Assembly: GCA_049287005.1 (NCBI GenBank)
Contig: JBAQEZ010000003.1
Coordinates: 465,084 to 529,083, forward strand
Source of the DNA: Candidatus Moraniibacteriota bacterium
GTDB lineage: Bacteria; Patescibacteriota; Minisyncoccia; Moranbacterales; UBA1568
Length of the DNA: 64,000 nucleotides
Direction: 5' to 3'
Shown: in pieces, positions 27,105 to 35,089 of the stretch
Position numbering within the stretch: position 1 is the first letter of the stretch
Layout: each line of letters begins with the position of its first letter
Made by a program: the position numbers and the translations under genes
The notes under the pieces: generated by a model
Databases searched by the model: none
What the model saw: only the letters and a program-made list of their open reading frames with translations
What the model was told of the DNA's origin: nothing

Positions 27105-27210
27105 ATCGGTTTCATTATACCTCAAAGGCGTATATTTCTTCAATGAGTCGTTGGATGAATAAAAATCATGACACCTCCCGGAGCAGGCGGGCTCCTCGCT
27201 GCCATGTGGT

Positions 27211-27239
27211 TTGCCAAGCGTCTTGAATGTGTTTACAAT
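27211..27239 (+). promoter_or_regulatory. Sigma70-type promoter for the membrane Clp-like gene
   Basis: TTGCCA at 27211..27216, a 17-nt spacer, then TACAAT at 27234..27239, 47 nt upstream of the ATG at 27286. Confidence 0.45.
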
Positions 27240-27285
27240 GAAGCGAGGAATGGGGAAACGAAGCTTAATTTCTGAAGTATAAAAA

Positions 27286-29736
27286 ATGAGCAAGCATTTT
27301 TTTTCTTGGTATTACGGACAAGGGCTTCGTGATGCGTTTCTTTTGTTCGGGAATCTTGTGCGATTTGTTCTCTATCGCTTTTATATCGGCGGATTACTGC
27401 GCACGCTTTTTTCCCCGTGGAGGCGCGATGTCTCTTTTCGTACATGGAAGGGTCTGCATCCACTTCTTTTCGCCAAAACGTTGCTGAATAATCTGATCTC
27501 TCGTTTTCTGGGAATGGTGCTGCGGCTGGCGATGCTTGTCATAGGGTGTGTGGTGGCATCGCTTATGGTCGTCGTCGTAACTCTCATGGCGCTGGCGTAT
27601 GTCGGATCTCCGCTGTTTATTGTGGTGGGTGCCGTCATGCTGCCTTTTTCTCAGCTCATCGGAGCCATGATCTTGCTTTTTGGGATACTGGGTTGCAGCG
27701 GGGTATGGCTCGGCTATGCCATCCGGAAAAGAGAACAGCTGGAAACATTCGACGTGCAAGTATTGGAACGGAAGAAATTTTTCCATCGTATCCTTTGGCG
27801 TTTGGGTCTCCGGCGTAAGGCTTTGCGCAAAGAGATATTTGCAGACACGGGAACGTTCCTGCAATTCCTGGCAACGCTTGCTCTCGATGAGGAAACGTAC
27901 CGGCGAGCAGTGACGATAGAGTGTCACGCGGACGAAGCGCGCGATCATAAAAGCCGTTTCTGGCTATGGGAAAATCTACATAAGGTTAAGCCTATCGGAA
28001 AAGACTGGCACTATGCCTATACGCCGCACCTGGATCATTATTGCGTCGATCTTGCGGCACATGATCCGACTGAATATGGTCGGGCGGTGCTGATCGGACG
28101 GCACGATGAAATGGCGGTGGTTACGGTGGTTCTGCAACGTCCGACACAGAATAGCGTTATTCTGGTGGGCGAACCGGGCATCGGCAGGAAGACATTCGTC
28201 CATCATTTCGCCAGCCTGATTCGTGAAAACGCATTCGGATCGCAATATTTGGATGAGGCGCGTGTCCTGCTTTTCGACCTGAGCCGAGCGATGAGCGATT
28301 GTATAGGCCGTGGCGAAGACGTGGAGCGGGCTTTGCGTTTGCTGTTCAATGAAGCCGCCTATGCCGGCAATGTCATCCTAGTCATAGAAAACATCGACCA
28401 ATACCTCAATGGCGATCAGGAGCGGCCCAATTTGGCTCCTCTGCTGAGCGAATTCCTGGAGTGGCCGAATTTCCGTGTCATCGCTACGGCACCGACGAAT
28501 CAATATCACGAACTGACCAAGCAAAATGAACAAGTATTGAAATTTTTCGAAGTGATCTATCTGCGAGAAACGAATATCGAGGAGACCTTCCAGGTGCTCC
28601 TGCAGAAATTCGAACGTCTCGAGCGCAAGGAGGTAGTATTTACCATCAAGGGTCTGGATGCGATCGTGGCTTCAGCAGAGAGGTATAATTGGGAGACACC
28701 TTTCCCCGAGCGAGCCATCGATCTGGCACAGGAAGTGCTTCTCTTCTGGCAGGGGACAAACGAAGATTTTATCACGCCGGCAACAGTGAATGGTTTCATG
28801 GCTCTCAGAACGGGCATGCCGATCGGCGTGCTCGGAGCGGCAGAGAAGGAGAAGCTGCTGAAGCTGGAAACGTTGCTGCATGAGCGCGTCGTGGGTCAGA
28901 ATGAGGCGGTGGAACAAGTGGCTGAGGCGATGCGTAAGGCGCGCGCCGGGTTCGGTGATGAGAAGCGTCCGCTGGGCAGCTTCATCTTTTTCGGATCAAC
29001 GGGCGTGGGGAAAACGGAGACGGCCAAGGCTCTTGCTGAAAGTTATTTTGGCAGCGAGGACGACATGATCCGTCTCGATATGAGCGAATATCAGACAGAG
29101 GAAGCCGTCGATCGTTTGATCGGTTCCCGCGAAATGCGCGTCCAAGGCAGGTTGACGAGTTTGGCCAAGGAACACCCGTTCTCTATTCTGCTGTTGGATG
29201 AAATCGAGAAGGCGAATCCGAAGGCTCTTGACCTCTTCTTGCAGATTTTGGACGAAGGGTATGTGACGGACAGCGATGGCGAGAAGATAAATTTTCGCAA
29301 TATGATCATTATTGCGACATCCAACGCCGGCGCCGCGCTCATCAAGCAGGCCGTGGAAGAGGGGGTCAGCACGGCAGACATAAGAAAGCAAATAATGGAT
29401 TTCATCGTGGCACATGACATTTTCCGTCTGGAGTTTTTGAATCGTTTCGATAGCATGGTTTTTTTCGAGCCGCTGCAGGCGGATGAGCTGCTTCAGGTGG
29501 CTTTGCTCAAGCTGAAAAAATTCGCGTTGCGTCTCAAACAAGAGAAGAATATCGTTATCAGCTTCGCTCCGGATGTCGCGCAGAAAATAGTCGAACGGGG
29601 ATATGAGCCGGTATTCGGCGCTCGCTCACTCAATCGTTATATCGAAGACGCCATTGAAGACATGATCGTCAAAAAAATTATCGCGGGAGAGATCGCTTCC
29701 GGCGGATCGCTTCTCATTTCCGGCGACGAATTATGA
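27286..29736 (+). CDS. Membrane-anchored Clp/Hsp100-family double-AAA+ ATPase; N-terminal TM domain replaces the Clp_N domain and the first AAA module looks degenerate
   Basis: Residues 1-200 carry two or three TM helices. D1 reads AVLIGRHDEM..VILVGEPGIGRKTF, where Walker A has an inserted Arg, and its Walker B reads VILVIENID. D2 is canonical: ERVVGQNEAVEQV, GSTGVGKTETAKALA, ILLLDEIEKA and a sensor-2 GARSL. There is no M-domain and no IGF loop. Confidence 0.8.
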   Translation: MSKHFFSWYYGQGLRDAFLLFGNLVRFVLYRFYIGGLLRTLFSPWRRDVSFRTWKGLHPLLFAKTLLNNLISRFLGMVLRLAMLVIGCVVASLMVVVVTLMALAYVGSPLFIVVGAVMLPFSQLIGAMILLFGILGCSGVWLGYAIRKREQLETFDVQVLERKKFFHRILWRLGLRRKALRKEIFADTGTFLQFLATLALDEETYRRAVTIECHADEARDHKSRFWLWENLHKVKPIGKDWHYAYTPHLDHYCVDLAAHDPTEYGRAVLIGRHDEMAVVTVVLQRPTQNSVILVGEPGIGRKTFVHHFASLIRENAFGSQYLDEARVLLFDLSRAMSDCIGRGEDVERALRLLFNEAAYAGNVILVIENIDQYLNGDQERPNLAPLLSEFLEWPNFRVIATAPTNQYHELTKQNEQVLKFFEVIYLRETNIEETFQVLLQKFERLERKEVVFTIKGLDAIVASAERYNWETPFPERAIDLAQEVLLFWQGTNEDFITPATVNGFMALRTGMPIGVLGAAEKEKLLKLETLLHERVVGQNEAVEQVAEAMRKARAGFGDEKRPLGSFIFFGSTGVGKTETAKALAESYFGSEDDMIRLDMSEYQTEEAVDRLIGSREMRVQGRLTSLAKEHPFSILLLDEIEKANPKALDLFLQILDEGYVTDSDGEKINFRNMIIIATSNAGAALIKQAVEEGVSTADIRKQIMDFIVAHDIFRLEFLNRFDSMVFFEPLQADELLQVALLKLKKFALRLKQEKNIVISFAPDVAQKIVERGYEPVFGARSLNRYIEDAIEDMIVKKIIAGEIASGGSLLISGDEL

Positions 29737-30926
29737 ATCTTTTTCTCATCAAAATAGGGAAAGCCGTTCATGTGCTCAAGCGCGAGGGTTTCGTGCGTGG
29801 CGGCAAACGCGTGGCGCTGGCATTTCTGGCGCTCTTTCGCCGTGTGAAGCCCGGGGATATCCTTTTCATCACTGGCGGCGTCGGGGATAGCGCGCGCTAT
29901 CGGACCGCGCATGTGGCGGAGGAGCTGACGTCGCACGGCCTGGCTTGTGCCGTCACCGTCCAGGACAATCCCTTCCTCGTGTCTTACGCCGACAGGTTCT
30001 CTGTCTTTGTTTTTCATCGCGTACTGCATACGGAAAAAGTCGCTCGGCTTATCGAGCGGATCAAATCATCGGGCAAAGAGATCATTTTTGAGACCGATGA
30101 TTTGGTATATGATCCGCAGTGGTTGTCCTCTATGGATGGCTATGATCGTATGAACGCTTTCGAGAAAAAATTGTACGCAACTGGTCTGGGCAAAGAGATC
30201 GTCAATGATCCCTACGTGAAAACCTGTACGACGACCACGACATTTCTTGCCGATAAATTGCGAGAAAAAGGCAAGCACGTGTTTGTCGTACGCAACAAGC
30301 TTTCTCAGCATGATATCGCGTCCGCAGAGGAGATTCTGCGGACGGCAGAAAAAGAATCCCCCCTCGTCAGGATTGCCTATCTGAGCGGCACGCCGAGTCA
30401 CAATAAGGATTTCGCGACCATTACGGACGCACTGTTTACGCTGTTCGGGAAGTATCCGCAGATGCGCTTGGTATTGGCCGGGCCGCTTGATACCGAAGAC
30501 AAGCTGAAACCATTCCAAAATCGCATCGAACGGGTGCCGTTTCTTCCGCGGAAGGAATATTTCGCGACCGTGGCGAGCATGGATATCAACGTGGCGCCGC
30601 TTGAGATCGGCAATCCGTTTTGCGAAGCCAAGTCGGAACTGAAGTGGTTCGAGGCGGGGCTGGTCGCCGTGCCGACTGTGGCTTCTGCGACTGGGACATT
30701 CCAAGAGGCTATCAGAGACGGTATCGATGGGTATGTGGCCGCGACCACGGAAGAGTGGATCGCGAAGCTTTCGGGGCTTATCGAAGACGGCACGCTTCGA
30801 GGAAAAATCGGAGCCAAAGCGAGGGAAAAGATTTTGCGACACTATGCTGCCGGCAAGGCGGATAATCAAGAGTATTATGATTATTTGCGCAGGAGGATCA
30901 GTGAGCGTGAGAATGTAACCATATAA
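29733..30926 (+). CDS. Putative GT-B fold glycosyltransferase
   Basis: The C-terminal half (LAGPLD...E.K.ELKWFEAGLVAVPTVASATGTFQEAIRDGIDGY) resembles GT1/GT4 donor-binding domains. It overlaps the clp-like stop by 4 nt. Confidence 0.55.
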   Translation: MNLFLIKIGKAVHVLKREGFVRGGKRVALAFLALFRRVKPGDILFITGGVGDSARYRTAHVAEELTSHGLACAVTVQDNPFLVSYADRFSVFVFHRVLHTEKVARLIERIKSSGKEIIFETDDLVYDPQWLSSMDGYDRMNAFEKKLYATGLGKEIVNDPYVKTCTTTTTFLADKLREKGKHVFVVRNKLSQHDIASAEEILRTAEKESPLVRIAYLSGTPSHNKDFATITDALFTLFGKYPQMRLVLAGPLDTEDKLKPFQNRIERVPFLPRKEYFATVASMDINVAPLEIGNPFCEAKSELKWFEAGLVAVPTVASATGTFQEAIRDGIDGYVAATTEEWIAKLSGLIEDGTLRGKIGAKAREKILRHYAAGKADNQEYYDYLRRRISERENVTI

Positions 30927-30936
30927 CCAGAGAGCC

Positions 30937-31893
30937 ATGAAAATATTGATTACCGGAGGAGCGGGGTTTATCGGGTCGGCCACAGCCAAGAAGCTGATGG
31001 AGCGCGGCGATCAGGTAGTACTGATCGACAACTTCAATGATTATTACGATCCCAAGCTGAAGGAAGCTCGGATCAAGATTTTTCTCAAAGAGTGCAGGGG
31101 CAAATTCAAGCTGTACCGAGGCGATATCCGTGATGTGGATTTCCTCGAAAAAGTTTTCAAAAAAGAAAGACCGGACAAGGTCATTCATCTGGCGGCGATG
31201 GCCGGGGTGCGTTATGCTATCGAGCACCCGCTGTTGTACGTGGACGTCAACGTTTTGGGGACGACCTACATGCTCGATATCGCGGTGAAATATAAAATCA
31301 AGAATTTCATCTATGCCTCTTCCTCTTCCGTGTATGGAAAGAACAAGAAGCTGCCGTTTTCCGAAAGTGATTCCGTCGACACGCCGATTTCTCCGTACGC
31401 GGCGAGCAAGAAGGCCACGGAGCTGCTGGCGCATTGTTTCAGTCATATTCATGGGCTCAAGACGACCGGTCTGCGCTTCTTCACGGTGTATGGGCCATGG
31501 GGGCGTCCGGATATGGCGCTCTTCAAATTCGTGAAGCATATCCTCGCCGATGAACCGATCGATGTCTATAATCGGGGGAAAATGAGTCGGAACTTCACCT
31601 ACATCGATGACATCGTTTCCGGCGTCATTACCGTGTTGGATTCCGATCTCCCGTACGGTATAATGAATATCGGCGGAGACAAGGAAGAACAGCTCCTGCG
31701 CTACATCGGCGTGATTGAGGAATGCCTCGGCAAGAAGGCGAAGAAAAATCTGCTTCCGATGCAGCCCGGCGACGTACCGAGTACGGTCGCGGATATCCGG
31801 AAACTCCGCAAGCTCGGTTGGAAACCGACCACGCGCATAGAGCAAGGCATCAAGAATTTCGTGGCATGGTACAAGGGATATTACAAGGTGTAA
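30937..31893 (+). CDS. NAD-dependent nucleotide-sugar epimerase/dehydratase (SDR, WcaG/CapI-like)
   Basis: ILITGGAGFIGS Rossmann motif, catalytic YAASK, and overall extended-SDR layout. Confidence 0.85.
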   Translation: MKILITGGAGFIGSATAKKLMERGDQVVLIDNFNDYYDPKLKEARIKIFLKECRGKFKLYRGDIRDVDFLEKVFKKERPDKVIHLAAMAGVRYAIEHPLLYVDVNVLGTTYMLDIAVKYKIKNFIYASSSSVYGKNKKLPFSESDSVDTPISPYAASKKATELLAHCFSHIHGLKTTGLRFFTVYGPWGRPDMALFKFVKHILADEPIDVYNRGKMSRNFTYIDDIVSGVITVLDSDLPYGIMNIGGDKEEQLLRYIGVIEECLGKKAKKNLLPMQPGDVPSTVADIRKLRKLGWKPTTRIEQGIKNFVAWYKGYYKV

Positions 31894-31932
31894 AAAAGCG
31901 CAACGCCATTAAAAAAATCAAAGGAATACAAA

Positions 31933-32997
31933 ATGTTTAGACAAGCGACAGGACGGGAAAAAGTAGGTATTTGTCTTCTGCTCATTATCGGAGTCTGTTC
32001 GTTCGGCGCGTGGCAATTTTTTGCTCTCGACATGGCCAGTCCCGGTGTTGCTGATGTCTGGTGGCCCGTATTGTGGTTCGCTGTTTTGGCGGTGTTTTTC
32101 TTTCTTGGAGCAGTCATCTGGACTACTGTGTTTATGAGAATAGCCGGAGCAGCGCTGGTTTTCTTGCCAGGATTGTTTTTTATCCGTTCGTGGGAATACG
32201 GTGCGGTGGGTATGCTATCGGTAGCCTGTATGTATTGGGGCAGTGCCGCGATTGCGCGGGAAGAGAGTGAAAGTATGCGCTTTCATTTTTACAAAAGCGT
32301 GCGAGCAGGATCATTCTTCTTTATTCTGGGTCTTTCTTTGCTTCTTGCGAGCGGATACTATGTTTCTTTGAGGGACACCTCTTGGGAAGAGCTGGTGCCG
32401 CGTTTTCGTGTTGGCGAGGAGATGACGAGGATCGTTTTCAAAATGGCCGGCGTAGTCAATCCCAGCTTCGCTCAATTATCGGAAGGAGATATGACCGTGG
32501 ACGAGTTTCTTTTGAGTCTGAGTCAGAAGAAGCAAAGTGATGCGCCTGAGCTACAAACGAATGTCAACGAACAAGACGTTCTGAATGCATACCCGGAGAT
32601 GATCCAGTTTCTGAATGGAAAAAATATCCCGCTCACTTTTGTTGCGCAGTCGCCAAAAGTCGCGGAGGAAATATTTTTGGATGGCGGACGGAAACAGATC
32701 GCATCGCTGGTTGGGCGGTCGATAGCGGGTGATGAAAAAATATCCGATGTCCTTTCTCTTGCCTTGCAGAACAAGCTGCTCACGTACTTGAGGGGAGAAA
32801 AAGCGACGCAGCATATGCCATCGCAGGCGATTCCATTTTTTCTTGCGTTGCTCTTATTCTTGACGTTGTTATCGTTCGCATCCATTGTCGGACCACTCTG
32901 TGTCCTTGTCGCCCAGTCGTTGTTTTCCTTGTTGCTCTGGGTCGGATGGCTTGGTTTCGGTAAGGTAATGGTAGAACAGGAAAGACTGGTAGAATAA
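31933..32997 (+). CDS. Hypothetical polytopic membrane protein
   Basis: 354 aa with TM helices at both ends. No motif recognised. Confidence 0.45.
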   Translation: MFRQATGREKVGICLLLIIGVCSFGAWQFFALDMASPGVADVWWPVLWFAVLAVFFFLGAVIWTTVFMRIAGAALVFLPGLFFIRSWEYGAVGMLSVACMYWGSAAIAREESESMRFHFYKSVRAGSFFFILGLSLLLASGYYVSLRDTSWEELVPRFRVGEEMTRIVFKMAGVVNPSFAQLSEGDMTVDEFLLSLSQKKQSDAPELQTNVNEQDVLNAYPEMIQFLNGKNIPLTFVAQSPKVAEEIFLDGGRKQIASLVGRSIAGDEKISDVLSLALQNKLLTYLRGEKATQHMPSQAIPFFLALLLFLTLLSFASIVGPLCVLVAQSLFSLLLWVGWLGFGKVMVEQERLVE

Positions 32998-33015
32998 TCG
33001 TAGCGGAATACCCGT

Positions 33016-33064
33016 TTGGCACTCAGTCGATAGGATTGCCAATTTTTATCTTTTGCGCTAAAAT
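33016..33064 (+). promoter_or_regulatory. dnaJ promoter with an overlapping CIRCE-like inverted repeat (candidate HrcA operator)
   Basis: TTGGCACTC-N9-GATTGCCAA at 33016..33042, against the CIRCE consensus TTAGCACTC-N9-GAGTGCTAA. The right half contains the -35 TTGCCA (33036..33041), followed by a 17-nt spacer and TAAAAT (33059..33064). Confidence 0.45.
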
Positions 33065-33153
33065 AGGGCGGACGTAGTGAGGATGGGTGCCAGAACCACC
33101 GCGGAAACAATCTTTGTGATGATTTATTGGAAAATATAACGTTTACGACAAAT

Positions 33154-34248
33154 ATGGCGAAAGATTACTATGAAATTCTGGGCGTCGCCAAGAACGCCTC
33201 TGAGGACGAAATCAAGAAGGCTTTTCGCAAGCTAGCGCACCAGCATCACCCAGACAAGGGCGGCGGCGACGAAAAGAAATTCAAAGAGATCAACGAAGCC
33301 TATCAGGTGCTGTCGAAAAAAGACAAGCGCAGCCAGTATGATCAGTTTGGTCAGAATTTTCATGGCAATGGAGGCGGCAGGTCAAGTCAGGGGCAGGGCG
33401 GATTCGGAGGGTCCTCCGGTCGAGGTGGATCGGCTGCGGGCTTTGATTTTTCGGGCACCGGTTTCGAGGACATTTTTTCTGACATGTTCGGCGGAGGCGG
33501 GCGCTCTCGCGGGCAGTCTCGCGTCGGCGCGGATATCGCCGTAGATATAGAAATCACTTTCGCAGAGATGGTGCACGGAGTCAAGAAGGATATCCGCTTG
33601 CGCAAGCTCTCGCGTTGCGATGTCTGCGGCGGCACGGGCGGGAAGCCTCATTCCAAAGAAGACACCTGTTCCGAATGCCAAGGCAGCGGGCAAATTCGGC
33701 GCACGGTACAGACTATTTTTGGTGCGTTCGCGCAGGAAGCGGTGTGTGAGCGTTGCCATGGACGTGGAAAAACGTACAAAGAAAAATGTACGACATGTCA
33801 TGGCGACGGACGGACGCAGAAAGAAGAACACATTTCCATAGAGATCCCAGGCGGTATCCGTGATGAGCAGACGCTTTCTGTCAGCGGACGCGGAGCGGCC
33901 GGGGAGGATGGCGCTCCGTCCGGTGACCTCTTCGTCAATGTGCATGTCCGTCCTCATGCGTCGCTCAAGCGGCGCGGGGATGATATCGTATCCGATCTGC
34001 AGATCACTTTTGCGCAGGCGGCGCTGGGAGGCAAAGTGAATGTCGGGACCATCGAGGGCGATGTCACGATGAAGATTCCTGCCGGCACTCAGCCGGGAGA
34101 GGTCTTTCGCGTCCGCGGTAAGGGCGTACCGCATCTCGGCCATTACGGCCGCGGCGATCATCTGGTGACCATTTCTTTGTTCGTGCCGAAAAAGCTTTCG
34201 CGTGAGGAAAAAGACTTGATTGAAAAGCTTGGGAAGCTGGAAAAATAG
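33154..34248 (+). CDS. dnaJ: Molecular chaperone DnaJ
   Basis: Starts [11 protein letters not shown], has an HPD motif, a Gly-rich region and four CxxCxGxG zinc-finger repeats. The upstream ORF-track start at 33127 is probably not used. Confidence 0.9.
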   Translation: MAKDYYEILGVAKNASEDEIKKAFRKLAHQHHPDKGGGDEKKFKEINEAYQVLSKKDKRSQYDQFGQNFHGNGGGRSSQGQGGFGGSSGRGGSAAGFDFSGTGFEDIFSDMFGGGGRSRGQSRVGADIAVDIEITFAEMVHGVKKDIRLRKLSRCDVCGGTGGKPHSKEDTCSECQGSGQIRRTVQTIFGAFAQEAVCERCHGRGKTYKEKCTTCHGDGRTQKEEHISIEIPGGIRDEQTLSVSGRGAAGEDGAPSGDLFVNVHVRPHASLKRRGDDIVSDLQITFAQAALGGKVNVGTIEGDVTMKIPAGTQPGEVFRVRGKGVPHLGHYGRGDHLVTISLFVPKKLSREEKDLIEKLGKLEK

Positions 34249-34258
34249 CCGGATCTTT

Positions 34259-34287
34259 TTGCTCAGAGAGCCGTTTTCTTGTACAAT
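34259..34287 (+). promoter_or_regulatory. Candidate sigma70-type promoter for the response-regulator/recJ unit
   Basis: TTGCTC at 34259..34264, a 17-nt spacer, then TACAAT at 34282..34287, 42 nt before the ATG at 34329. Confidence 0.4.
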
Positions 34288-34328
34288 GACAACGTTTGGA
34301 AGCTAAATAATATTTCAAATGTCAGGTT

Positions 34329-34883
34329 ATGGAAAAAGCGATCAAAGTGCTGATGGTGGATGATGACCAAGAGACGCGGAGCCTGTATGCTGACGCGCTT
34401 CGGGCGGTGAATTTTAAGGTCTCTGAGGGCACGGATGGGCTCGAAGGATTGGAACTGGCCAACAAGGATGTCCCTGATCTTATTATCACCGGCATCATCA
34501 TGCCGCGCATGGACGGTTTTCAATTCTTGGAAGCCTTGAAAAAAAATGTCGTGACCGCCGCTGTGCCAGTCATGATTCTGTCGCACCTCGGTCGCGAAGA
34601 AGATCAGAAACACGCTGCAGAACTCGGGGTGAAAGACTTCATGATTCGGGACATGACTACGCCGAATGATATGATCGAGCAGATCAACGCGCGCCTCGTA
34701 TCCAAGGATTATGTTCTCGGTATCGACGCGTTCAGTTTTGATGCGGCGAGATTCGCTAAGGATTTCGATTTGAATCCTGATTTCGTCTGTCCTGAGGCGA
34801 AAGCCGGAGGTCGCATCGTGCTGACGCTGCGCAAGAGCAAAGACGGAGCCAAGCGTTTTGATGCTGAGATTACGTGTCAGTAA
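34329..34883 (+). CDS. Stand-alone receiver-domain protein (atypical response regulator) with an unknown C-terminal extension
   Basis: CheY-like fold with KVLMVDDD and MPRMDG. The phospho-acceptor position reads DLIITGIIMP, where CheY has SDWNMP, so the Asp is replaced by Gly. No kinase or HTH output is present. Confidence 0.7.
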   Translation: MEKAIKVLMVDDDQETRSLYADALRAVNFKVSEGTDGLEGLELANKDVPDLIITGIIMPRMDGFQFLEALKKNVVTAAVPVMILSHLGREEDQKHAAELGVKDFMIRDMTTPNDMIEQINARLVSKDYVLGIDAFSFDAARFAKDFDLNPDFVCPEAKAGGRIVLTLRKSKDGAKRFDAEITCQ

Positions 34884-35089
34884 CCGCTGCTGTTGAGGGT
34901 CTGTTTTGCAAAAATCTTACTGGAGGGTTGAAATTTTTTCGAGTCTGCCGGCGGGCAGGGTTCTGCTTCACTTCGGTAAAACGGATCGAAAAAAGTTCAT
35001 CAAGGAGTTTGCCGGCAGGGGCAAACGAGCGACTTCCGGAAAGGTTGTTTGTAAAACCGGCTCTCTATTTTTTTGAGAATGCTCCCGTT

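Noticed and set aside
27105-27285. CtsR box or CIRCE upstream of the Clp-like gene
   Set aside because: There is no GGTCAAA direct repeat and no CIRCE-like inverted repeat. Only a sigma70-type promoter is visible.
30066-31845. Minus-strand ORFs of 307 and 315 aa
   Set aside because: They are antisense to the GT-B and epimerase genes. The epimerase shows the canonical GxxGxxG and YxxxK motifs on the plus strand.
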